NCBI GenBank assembly: GCA_045591525.1
Contig: JAZNTA010000191.1
Span: 31,461-95,460, forward strand
DNA length: 64,000 nucleotides
Origin: Acutalibacteraceae bacterium
GTDB lineage: Bacteria; Bacillota; Clostridia; Oscillospirales; Acutalibacteraceae
Direction: 5' to 3'
Below are positions 40,701-49,303 of this stretch, in pieces; the first letter of the stretch is position 1; every line of letters starts with the position of its first letter. Made by a program: the position numbers and the translations under genes. The notes beneath the pieces were generated by a model. That model had not been told where the DNA came from and did no database searches. It saw only the letters and a program-made list of their open reading frames with translations.

Positions 40701-43700
40701 GTTATTTGTATTTCATTATATTCAAAATCAATATCAAAGGCATAACTATATTTCTGCCAACTTGTATTATACGGATTAGCATCAACATAGGCAACTGTTT
40801 CCCATGTTTCATCACCATTGACATTATTTCGTGCTTCAATAATAACCGTATTCCAATATAATAATTCAAGTACCATATGGGAGTGAGTTGTATTTTTGGT
40901 AAAATAATCGAGACGATATTCATCACCTGATATGCCATTCTCTACATCTATTATTTGGCTTGCATAGCGAATACCGCTTTGAGTGCCACTCATCTGTAAT
41001 GAACCAGGAGTTGCGTTATCTGTTACGCAATCATAATTGACATTTCTCTTAACTTTTGACGTATTTGAAATTGTCCAACCGCTAACATCTGTTGAAAAGC
41101 TACCATTTGTAACAAGATTGGTTTCTTCAGATGTTGAATTCTGTTCAACTGTGTTATACATACTGTATGATACGTAACCTTGTGACTTGTAATTGTCGCT
41201 GTATATACGTGCAATTATACTGCCATCCGGATTTGTTGTGTTTATAACACGACCATACATATCAAACTGCTTGATTATTTCAACGTTACTTTTATCTGAA
41301 AATGTTTTTTCATATGCATTGACATCTGTAACTGTTAAAACTCCGCCTTCGGTTAGGCTTGTTCCACTTTGGTTATAGACTTTCTCAGAAATAACAGTAC
41401 TAGTATCAAGATAATTAAATTCAATAGAATAACCGTCAATATTTTTCAAAGATATGAGATTATCGTTTGCAGTATAATATACTGTTTCTCCATCCGGATA
41501 AGTTGCGGATGCTAATATTGGGAGCCCGTTTGTACCGCAATAATTTGAGAATTCATAAGTATATGTCATTTTATACGGCACATTGGTACCACTATCATTA
41601 GTTACTGTAATTGCTGAACCGCTTGGCGAAAATGCCTGAATAGAAGTAAGTAATGGTAATAACCAATCTTCGTATTCTGTGTATGTAAAACGATATTCTC
41701 TACCTACACCATCTGTTATTTTATCTATTCTGAGATTATCTGATGCATAAGAAATATTTATACAATTTTCAGAGTTTTCTTCTGAAGTGATTATTTTTGT
41801 AAGCAAACCATACGAATTGAATTCATATACCTGTCCACTTGAATCTTTAATCGTAGCATACTGCAACTTATTGGCAACATTACCATCATGTGTTGATGGT
41901 AAATATAAGGTATAACCATCAGTATTTGAAAATGTATCAGCTACTTCTTTCCAGGTTCTTATGCCTTCTGATACTGTATCTGTTTTTTCAAAATATGTCG
42001 TTTGTCCATCACCATTACAGTAAAGTATATATTCTTTACCATCAATTTCATCATGATACTCAATCATTTGATTATAGTTGGTTCGCCAACCGAAACCATA
42101 CGGAGAAGCAAATCCGGATAAAGCATAATAATTTATTGAATTTGTACCGCCAAAACCACTATTAAAATAGCGCTTTATCTGAACGGGCATATTTATTCCA
42201 GATAAACCTAGTTCATCGCGTTCAATATAAATTTGCTCTGTAAAATCGTTAAAATATGCTGTACCCGCTCTGCCTACATCAAAAGCGTGATAATCGAACT
42301 GTTCTTCAACACCTTGGGACTCATAATATTCGATCGTAAAATACGGCTGTTGAGAAGCTGTTGGATGTTCTGATGAAGCAAACATTGTCAACACTTCACT
42401 CTCCACGGCATCTCGTTGTCTGATACATACTCCATAGGTGTCTTCATTTATTGTGTATGCTTTCGTTACATCAAAAGTTATGTATCTTGCAGCATCGCCT
42501 TCACTTACAGGTCTTCTATCTATAAGACTGTTTATTGTTGTTGGTTTTGTATTATATGTTACTGTTGATTCGCTCCAATCACTTGTTACTGTATATGCAG
42601 CAATAGTTGTATCATTATCAACAAATAGTCCGCCTGCATAATAAAGACTTAAAAGTACAGATTTTATTTTTGCACCATTTTTCAAAATATAATAACTTGA
42701 TAAATCAATATAAGAAAGATAATCCCCAGAATCAGATTTACAAGTATATAGGAACTCGATGTCTCCATAGTTTGTAGTAGGTTCTCCTTCACATACTACT
42801 GCATCCTTTATACCCAAATCTTCGTTAGCTGAGTTTATGACAGGGTCTATTACTACAGGATATTCAACATCACCTGACAACCATTCGTACGATGGTTTAT
42901 ATATTAATGTGTATTTACCATTCTTGCCAGTTAAATTCACATCAATATCGTCTGATATTATGTTATTTGCATCATACATAATAGGAGCTGGAATTTCGAA
43001 AATGATTTGTCCGTCAGGATTTTTAAATACTATCGACTTATCCTTATTAAGCGTTGCATTCAATTTTTTTGCATTAATTATATACTTATAAGTTACTTCA
43101 GATGCCGGCTTTTTATTAAGAATAATATTTTCTTTTAGGCCTGTTGAAGTTACTGCGTATTCTACTGAAGTGTTTTCACCTACATTTTCAAAAGAAATAG
43201 CGGAAGTTTTATCTAAAAAATCAGTTTCTACACCATTTTCAAGAACCTGATGTTTTTTGTTTTTAGATTTTTTATTTCCCTTGATTTTTTTATTCTTTGA
43301 AAAAACATCTGTACCGACAAGTTCAAACGAAAGTGAATAACCCTCTTTTTCTATTTGAACTTTTTTATTAGATGATAATTCCTTAGGAATAGTTGTGGTG
43401 AAGTCATTATTTTTATTTTTATAAACTTTACCTGTAATTTCATTGAATTCTATTAATGTATTATCAATATTTTCCCATCCGTTTTCTGTTTCATAATGAA
43501 TTGGTGTTGCTGATACTACAGCAGTTTTTGTGCCTGAAACATTTTGAAACACCTTTGTATATTTATCTCGTTCGCTTATGATTTCAACTGCAAAATCGTT
43601 TGCATCTGTTCGATTTGCAAATTGTTCTATTGTTTGAGTCAAATGTTCATTATTTTGAATTTCAGCTGCAAAAACCGGGTTTGATACAGAAAAAATGCCC

Positions 43701-43753
43701 ATAATCATCAAAAAACTCAAAACAACTGATAAAAACTTACTGATCTTTTTCAT
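37787..43753 (-). CDS. RHS/YD-repeat polymorphic toxin 2 (Sec signal, DNRLRE-like and CBM-like domains, RHS shell, TM segment plus AHH/HNH-like C-terminal nuclease)
   Basis: Signal peptide ...PVFAAE; YD repeats; core end 'NNPVNMVDYGGD'; C-terminal 'QQKHHIAPRN...NLVMLDAAFHRALN'. Confidence 0.9.
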   Translation of the reverse strand: MKKISKFLSVVLSFLMIMGIFSVSNPVFAAEIQNNEHLTQTIEQFANRTDANDFAVEIISERDKYTKVFQNVSGTKTAVVSATPIHYETENGWENIDNTLIEFNEITGKVYKNKNNDFTTTIPKELSSNKKVQIEKEGYSLSFELVGTDVFSKNKKIKGNKKSKNKKHQVLENGVETDFLDKTSAISFENVGENTSVEYAVTSTGLKENIILNKKPASEVTYKYIINAKKLNATLNKDKSIVFKNPDGQIIFEIPAPIMYDANNIISDDIDVNLTGKNGKYTLIYKPSYEWLSGDVEYPVVIDPVINSANEDLGIKDAVVCEGEPTTNYGDIEFLYTCKSDSGDYLSYIDLSSYYILKNGAKIKSVLLSLYYAGGLFVDNDTTIAAYTVTSDWSESTVTYNTKPTTINSLIDRRPVSEGDAARYITFDVTKAYTINEDTYGVCIRQRDAVESEVLTMFASSEHPTASQQPYFTIEYYESQGVEEQFDYHAFDVGRAGTAYFNDFTEQIYIERDELGLSGINMPVQIKRYFNSGFGGTNSINYYALSGFASPYGFGWRTNYNQMIEYHDEIDGKEYILYCNGDGQTTYFEKTDTVSEGIRTWKEVADTFSNTDGYTLYLPSTHDGNVANKLQYATIKDSSGQVYEFNSYGLLTKIITSEENSENCINISYASDNLRIDKITDGVGREYRFTYTEYEDWLLPLLTSIQAFSPSGSAITVTNDSGTNVPYKMTYTYEFSNYCGTNGLPILASATYPDGETVYYTANDNLISLKNIDGYSIEFNYLDTSTVISEKVYNQSGTSLTEGGVLTVTDVNAYEKTFSDKSNVEIIKQFDMYGRVINTTNPDGSIIARIYSDNYKSQGYVSYSMYNTVEQNSTSEETNLVTNGSFSTDVSGWTISNTSKVKRNVNYDCVTDNATPGSLQMSGTQSGIRYASQIIDVENGISGDEYRLDYFTKNTTHSHMVLELLYWNTVIIEARNNVNGDETWETVAYVDANPYNTSWQKYSYAFDIDFEYNEIQITLAYYFQYGTVRFDDVSLVNTYKATASQNAGNNNTSSGTSEATSGCECNGCTTPNCPCTEHSDNCILPYCNRGYSFENTSQKKSFSMTDGEKTMAMEQNVSGNYYGSQTDLNGIYNGYNYDPMNGQLLSMSDGKDEVTTFSYDAMSRLKKVSNDVNGLISGNKMETSYSYENDRIKSITHNGFSYNYEYNAWGNPTAVKVGEQELVSYTYDSADKTRDRLNRITYGNGDYTVYTYDDADGNITSIESYSADGTLVADYVYGYVDGQVQTITSVTDNCTVKYTDNGWEYYNSQNATGTPIYFKGFETDENGDEIPVEILGGLRYTENKGTVDSDSVEGTTTTISSFGTPSDRKYNLSSVTDYFGRTDNKSFSYILSQESGVNHSIKNNVEYTYRDYENEEEPGKIFTTSQVTSYKTSFSEIVGSGDDSTITETVLNGKQYYYEYDGNGNITRISCDDYASGVLPIATEICSYVYDEVGQLVRENDAIAGVTSVYVYDKGGNLVQRKFYEYSTGDLPEEPDDTWDYTYDSTWKDKLTAFEDFQIDTDAMGNPLNYFTIGISNEISGILEWNGRQLSAVTVGGERYEYSYNSDGLRTKAVFRDSETNEINSVFNYFWENGKMTGYCTTDADGNVAAVLKNFFDNSGEQIGYEIHLVEDNEYIRFFFEKNLQGDIIGVYNEEGEKVLTYWYDSWGNVSPTYNKENSDILAQSVLAVIFTPITYRGYMYDPHTGLYYLQSRYYNPTYGRFLNADTIEILEATQGTPLGANLFAYCNNNPVNMVDYGGDLAGFIVLGGMTIAITTFLQYAFVMLILCVVIIMLCNPYVLDAISGAVYNFGNSVLTGVDGFVELIRRTYTEVEAELSDVIDDILTRARNNKPDSSQQKHHIAPRNVYFSIKGELVYCSEYLDKSYISINDPVNLVMLDAAFHRALNTNIYYSLIHKSTESAYEKGGYYGVYSILLFYKILLSGLNTLY

Positions 43754-43881
43754 AATATACCTCCTATTTTTGTTTTGTATTTATTGCTAACAAAAACAAC
43801 GTTCACCTCCATATATTTAAATACTATATCCCAATTCAATTTTAACACTTACACTATCACTTGTCAGTTAACCATTCAAAC

Positions 43882-43912
43882 TGCAAGAAAATATTGTCAA
43901 ATTGCAAGAAAA
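43882..43912 (-). promoter_or_regulatory. double-repeat box e
   Basis: Identical to box c; 129 nt upstream of the RHS2 ATG. Confidence 0.65.
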
Positions 43913-43932
43913 AGCAATTCATAAATAACAAA

Positions 43933-43963
43933 AACGACACACAAAACAAAGTTGTGTATCGTT
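43933..43963 (-). terminator. intrinsic terminator
   Basis: AACGACACAC...GTGTATCGTT then a T run on the minus strand. Confidence 0.6.
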
Positions 43964-43983
43964 TCTGCAGACAAGAGTTTATA

Positions 43984-46900
43984 CTATTGTAGATAAGCTA
44001 CAATTTGGCTATACTGAGGTTCTTTAAAAGACGGGTAGTTATATCGGTGCTTTATATTCTCACAAATACAAATACAGGAAAGTGCTATTATCATAGCAAG
44101 TCTAAGCACTATATTTTGTACAACAAAAGTATATGTTGTAAACAAAACTAAACTAGCACATAATGACAAAGCAATGGTAAAATAACTGTAATCAATAACT
44201 TTCATTAATTTGTAAACAATAAAACATATAAAAAATATACTGGCTAAAAACAACAAGTACATAGAGTTAAATGGCAGTATTGAAACTTCACTTATAGCAC
44301 TGTTTTTAACTTCCCATCCCTTGTATACTAAATTATAAATTTGAATCCTATAAAAAAGATATATTACTGTTTGTGATATAAATAGGAGAAAAACTATTGC
44401 AATAATAACTTTATTTAATATTGGAGCATTTATTGCTCCGTTATATACGAATAGATCATTAAATTTGTTTTGTTTACACCTGTTCCAATGATAGGAAAAC
44501 TCAACTGAAGAAATCATCTTAAAATCAGGTATATTAATTAAATCACTATGAATCTCACCCGACTCATCACTTAAAATATAACTAATTAAAAATTTCACAC
44601 GATTATCAATCAGTGATATATTTGGATTAAAGCCATCTTTAATTAATTCTTTAACAAGATATATTAGTGTATATAAAACTTCAATTTCAGAATAATCTAA
44701 TTTTTCTATCCAACCATACTTTCCTTGCAGAACATTAACACTCTTTTTTACTTTATAATCTAATGTATTTACAAACCTTTTTAATTTTAAAAAACTAAGC
44801 AATTCGTTATCTTCAGCCATAAACAACAATCCCATTATTGCTAAATCTTTATTATATTTAGAAGCGTTATAAAGATATATATTATATATTGCATCAAAAC
44901 GATACTCTTTTGCAAGGCATTCAATAAAATCTCTTTTCTCATCAAGTCTATTGATTATGTCTATTATTAAATTCGAATAGTCTTTTATCTCTTCTCCTGA
45001 AAATCTTACCAAATCATCTATTTTTATACGATTTATGTTAGAATTTAGAGCACTCTTTATTTGTTCATCTGGACCTAAAGACATTAACCCAACAATAATA
45101 TTTACACTTGTTTGTTTACTTTTGCAATAATCCAATTTTGCTATTAATTCTTGTAGAACTAAGCTTCTAACGGCTCTGTATTGCTGCGCTATATAACCAA
45201 TTGCTTGTAAATTTATTATTTCATCGTAATCTATTGATGGTAAAATATTTTTTAATATATTAACAACATTCTTTTCATCGGATAGCGTTCTTTCAACAAG
45301 AACATCCAACACTGTTTTTGTATCATACAAATATTTAGATAAAAAATCCAATACTATTTCATCATTTTCTACTAAGGATAAATAGAAAAATATTATATTT
45401 TCTTTACCTTTAGTATATTGAAAAGAGCTAGGTGGTGTGCAAGTGTTTTTAACAAAATATAAAGCAACAAAATACTCATAAAAAGAACGATGTCTAAACC
45501 GTAATAAATTAGTGTCTGTTTTCTCTAAAAGGCCGCTTTGGTTTATTATGTTGTCTAAAACCTCTTGCGTTCTACCGTGATAGTATATTTTTTCCGTTTC
45601 GTGAGAACTCCACAATTTAAGAGCTGTTGATTCGGATATATTATTTCCATTACCTGAATATATTTCGTACGCTAATTGTGACAACAACTCAACTTTTATT
45701 TGAACATTTGGTAGTAATGTAAATCTTTTAAAACGTTTTAATCTTGATTTTTGCTCCTCCCAGTTTTCTAATAAACATTTACAGCATTGTTCGTATAAAT
45801 GTGTTTTACTTTGGGAAAACACAAAATCTGATTTACAATATGTGTGAGTTACCATTGTAAGCAGCAATGGGTTTGAAACTACATTTTCTAATTGAACAGT
45901 ATTAATTAGTCTGTGAAAAAATTGTGTATCGGATTTATCTTTTGGGAAAGACCATTTAGACAAGAACTCGCGTATTTGTTCCTTTGAAAGAGGAGAAAGA
46001 TACACTGTATTTTCAATTCTAATATTTTCGAAGCGTTCCGATTCATAAACTTGTGTTCTAGATGTTATAATATAGTTACATTCACTATAAGTGTTTATGA
46101 ACTCTAATAAAAGTTTCGAAAATTCAAGTCTATCATCTATGTTAACAATCTCGTCGTAACCATCGAACATTAACACAAATTTTCCTGTACTTAAAAAACG
46201 TTTTAAAACTTTTGCAGTTTTTTCTTTTTTTTCACTAAACAACCACCCCCGCTTTACACCCGAAATTTCAGAAATTTTTTTATAAATAAACTCAATAATA
46301 TCTTCTTCACTACTACACTTATAAACATCAGAAAAATTAATGATAATTGGAATAAGTCTATTATTAGACGCCTTTCTCTGTGACGAATTTAACGTTCTTT
46401 TTAAAAATTTTTTATTATTAGGGCGTGCTGTATCATATACACCATCCAATATGTCCAAAGCTAATTTATATAAAGAAAAAGTTTTGCCTTCGCCTGCATT
46501 ACCAAGTATTGCATAAACAGAAGGGCTACCACTAAGTTTTTTAGTAAAATAATTTTGCAACTTATATTCTTTAACTCCGTCTTTTTGGTGTACTTTTATT
46601 GAAACGTAAATATCGTTAGGTAAATTATTTGAAAACCATGAATGTTCTTGGCTTGGAAATAAGGTATATCTTAGATTTCTTGTGTATTTGTATTTTATTA
46701 AACGAGAGGTTTTATTAAATATTATCAAAAAAGAAAAAAATGCAAGTAATCCACTCGATACTATACTTATTATCTCTGGCGTAATATATTCCTTGATAAA
46801 GGAATCATTCCCAGTATTCAAAACACCAGTATCGCTTTCGCTATATATAACAGTATTTTGATTTCTATCACTATCAGATGATTCCACACTTTGAACTAAT

Positions 46901-47436
46901 TCCTCTAATTTGTTTTGAGAGTAGTCAGCGTTATTATGCGTGTGTAAAAATTCACACTTAAAAGAGGCTATTCTAAATGTTTCATCAATAAATTTGATAG
47001 TTCTATCGTTATATATAACATCATATGTTTTAATTTTATTTTCCAGTGGAAAACATATAACGCATGAATTATCACTTGTGAATATTATAATAACATCTGT
47101 TTTACTACCAGGCGTTTGTTCACTTTGAGTCCTATTCCACATAAAATCAGGGTTACTTTTAACTACATGTGAAACAAGTTCTAGAGCTTGATCTGTTATC
47201 GGTTGGCGCTGATATTCCCCTTCTATATCCATTTTTAAACTTGCATATTTATTTTTTATTGTTAAAAGCATTTTTTCGCTTATATTTTCGGGGATTTTAT
47301 CAATGCTACCTTCATATTCATTCTGTGTTCTTAATTGTTCATAATCAATTGATAAGTCTGTGCCATTTTCAAACAACATAGAAAAACTAATAAAACAATA
47401 GGCAATGATAATTATAATCAGTACAATTCTCTTCAA
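43984..47436 (-). CDS. membrane-embedded NACHT/STAND P-loop NTPase
   Basis: Walker A 'GNAGEGKTF', Walker B 'FVLMFDGYDEI', 'IITSRT'; TM helices at the N-terminus, near residue 250 and about four at the C-terminus; start TTG 47436 after GAGGGA (ATG 47508 alternative). Confidence 0.8.
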   Translation of the reverse strand: MKRIVLIIIIIAYCFISFSMLFENGTDLSIDYEQLRTQNEYEGSIDKIPENISEKMLLTIKNKYASLKMDIEGEYQRQPITDQALELVSHVVKSNPDFMWNRTQSEQTPGSKTDVIIIFTSDNSCVICFPLENKIKTYDVIYNDRTIKFIDETFRIASFKCEFLHTHNNADYSQNKLEELVQSVESSDSDRNQNTVIYSESDTGVLNTGNDSFIKEYITPEIISIVSSGLLAFFSFLIIFNKTSRLIKYKYTRNLRYTLFPSQEHSWFSNNLPNDIYVSIKVHQKDGVKEYKLQNYFTKKLSGSPSVYAILGNAGEGKTFSLYKLALDILDGVYDTARPNNKKFLKRTLNSSQRKASNNRLIPIIINFSDVYKCSSEEDIIEFIYKKISEISGVKRGWLFSEKKEKTAKVLKRFLSTGKFVLMFDGYDEIVNIDDRLEFSKLLLEFINTYSECNYIITSRTQVYESERFENIRIENTVYLSPLSKEQIREFLSKWSFPKDKSDTQFFHRLINTVQLENVVSNPLLLTMVTHTYCKSDFVFSQSKTHLYEQCCKCLLENWEEQKSRLKRFKRFTLLPNVQIKVELLSQLAYEIYSGNGNNISESTALKLWSSHETEKIYYHGRTQEVLDNIINQSGLLEKTDTNLLRFRHRSFYEYFVALYFVKNTCTPPSSFQYTKGKENIIFFYLSLVENDEIVLDFLSKYLYDTKTVLDVLVERTLSDEKNVVNILKNILPSIDYDEIINLQAIGYIAQQYRAVRSLVLQELIAKLDYCKSKQTSVNIIVGLMSLGPDEQIKSALNSNINRIKIDDLVRFSGEEIKDYSNLIIDIINRLDEKRDFIECLAKEYRFDAIYNIYLYNASKYNKDLAIMGLLFMAEDNELLSFLKLKRFVNTLDYKVKKSVNVLQGKYGWIEKLDYSEIEVLYTLIYLVKELIKDGFNPNISLIDNRVKFLISYILSDESGEIHSDLINIPDFKMISSVEFSYHWNRCKQNKFNDLFVYNGAINAPILNKVIIAIVFLLFISQTVIYLFYRIQIYNLVYKGWEVKNSAISEVSILPFNSMYLLFLASIFFICFIVYKLMKVIDYSYFTIALSLCASLVLFTTYTFVVQNIVLRLAMIIALSCICICENIKHRYNYPSFKEPQYSQIVAYLQ

Positions 47437-47575
47437 TACTATTCCCTCATTAAATATTAATTTTATACTAAACTCACTGTTTACTGAAAAAACTAATAAG
47501 CAAAACATATATAAAAATTAGTTTAATAAATATTTATATCATAATTGATGATATAAAAAAGTGTTTTTTACAAAC

Positions 47576-47606
47576 TGCAAGAAAATATTGTCGAAATGCA
47601 AGATTT
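47576..47606 (-). promoter_or_regulatory. double-repeat box f
   Basis: TGCAAGAAAAtattgtcgaaaTGCAAGATTT upstream of the NACHT gene. Confidence 0.6.
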
Positions 47607-47644
47607 TGAAGCGAAATCTAACGAAATATTTTTATATAGATATA

Positions 47645-47688
47645 AAAGAGTTACTGACACTAGCCAAAACTAATGCCAGTAACTCTTT
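47645..47688 (-). terminator. intrinsic terminator
   Basis: AAAGAGTTACTG...CAGTAACTCTTT 12-bp stem. Confidence 0.65.
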
Positions 47689-47731
47689 CAAAATTCATAT
47701 TAATGTTATTCTTCTTATTTGAACATTTGTT

Positions 47732-48292
47732 TTAAATTTTACAACTAATTTTAAGAACATCTACAGCATCTTGTATTGTAATTATTCCATCTTGATTTGC
47801 ATCTGCGAGATATTTCTCCGTTTCCGTACTTATTTGTGTCTGACCTGCTGCATCCCTTAATATTGTACGTGCATCATCAGTCGTGATTTTACCATCTTGA
47901 TCTATATCACCTAAATAAGAGTTATTGGGCGTCATATAATAATCTTTGAAAGCTTTTTCCACATAATTATCTTTAGAAAGGGCTTCGAAAATACTATTAA
48001 ATTTATCTTCATCCAATTCCTGTAAGTTTAAAACTAAAATCAAATAGTTTTCACTAGAAACATTTCCATCTTCAGAAGTGATTTCTACTTTTTCAATTGG
48101 ATAAGTGCTTTGCAAGTGATTAATAATAATTTCGGCTTCTTGACTATATTCGTCTTTTATAATTACAATAATCTTGCGAAAAGAATATTTTCCATTCTCA
48201 TCAACACCCCAACAATTAGTTGCATAAGCATTACTTATAAACAAACCAATTAATAACACTATTAGCACTACAATACTTATGAATTTATTCAT
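47732..48292 (-). CDS. secreted dockerin-containing protein
   Basis: Signal peptide ...SNAYA; C-terminal type-I dockerin repeats 'GDIDQDGKITTDDAR' and 'ADANQDGIITIQDAV'. Confidence 0.75.
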   Translation of the reverse strand: MNKFISIVVLIVLLIGLFISNAYATNCWGVDENGKYSFRKIIVIIKDEYSQEAEIIINHLQSTYPIEKVEITSEDGNVSSENYLILVLNLQELDEDKFNSIFEALSKDNYVEKAFKDYYMTPNNSYLGDIDQDGKITTDDARTILRDAAGQTQISTETEKYLADANQDGIITIQDAVDVLKISCKI

Positions 48293-48305
48293 CGCTATTA
48301 CCTTT

Positions 48306-49095
48306 TTACTGATAAAGCGAGAATTCTAGCTGTTGGCCACTCGCTACACGTAAAATTTCTCTCGCATCATCTTGTGAAATATTTGCATCTCCGTTAACAT
48401 CCGCTAATACAAATTGTACAACTGTAACACTGCTTGCATTATTGGAAGCTGTAAGTGCTAAGGATGCATCAGCTGTAGTTATTGTACCATCACTGTTTAC
48501 ATCACCCATAATATAACTATCAGTTGAACTTGTTTCTATATAATATCCTATAGCGGAATTAAAAAATGTTGAGGCATCCTTCACGGTATCATATGAAATC
48601 CAGCCATAACCTCCAAGTCCCCAATCTGTGCCCCAAGAATTTATAAATTTGAATGCACCACTATCCCCCATATTGTCATCATAACCAATTAAGCATATGG
48701 TATGGTTAGCCTGTTTAGAGCCTGAAACAGTATCATATATACTATTGTTTGAGTTTAAATTAGTGAAGTCTGGGTATATTTCAATACCTATTACAACACC
48801 GTAATTCTGATAAATTTTTTCTTTTATATTCTTAATACCCGCTATTGTATGGGTAGTGCATTTATATAAGTTGGCATTTGCTATTTGTCTTGCTTTGGAA
48901 AGTTTGAGGTTTTATCGACAGACGCTGGTAATGTTAATCTTGTTTCTGCTGTTGGTTCCATACGTTCTAATATTTCTGCGTATGAATCTGGTATCAACCC
49001 CGTTTTATAGGTGAAATTTTCACTAGCCGAGCCTGGTACCTGTAAATATATCAGTATTAGAGATAAAGATATTATTACTGAAAAAACTTTTTCAT
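48306..49095 (-). pseudogene. degraded papain-like (C1) peptidase-dockerin gene
   Basis: Intact C-terminal half ('ANHTICLIGYDD', 'NSWGTDWGLGGYGWISY', dockerin). The signal peptide and 'LPASVD' lie in another frame, after a frameshift in the A6 run at 49081-49086. The catalytic-Cys region is absent. Confidence 0.65.
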
Positions 49096-49233
49096 ACTAT
49101 TTCTTCCTTTCATTTTTTGTATTAAGTTTATCATTGTGTACACATCGTCTAAAGTAGTATCCTCCTTTTCAAATGGTCTTCTTTATTTTAAATTTATCAG
49201 TATTCTCTATATCTGTCACTATAAATAACAAAC

Positions 49234-49264
49234 TGCAAGAAAATCTTGTCAAATTGCAAGAAAT
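49234..49264 (-). promoter_or_regulatory. double-repeat box g
   Basis: TGCAAGAAAAtcttgtcaaatTGCAAGAAAT, 139 nt upstream of the pseudogene ATG. Confidence 0.6.
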
Positions 49265-49271
49265 ATAAAAT

Positions 49272-49298
49272 AACGGTACGACAATTTGCCGTACCGTT
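49272..49298 (-). terminator. intrinsic terminator
   Basis: AACGGTACG...CGTACCGTT then a T-rich tail on the minus strand. Confidence 0.65.
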
Positions 49299-49303
49299 AA
49301 ACT

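Noticed and set aside
28711-43753. Many 60-95-aa ORFs nested in or antisense to the two RHS genes, for example 29545-29748, 31097-31351, 39642-39830, 40441-40698 and 41890-42165
   Set aside because: They lie wholly inside long, well-supported coding frames, have low-complexity or odd composition and lack an RBS. They are artefacts of AT-rich DNA.
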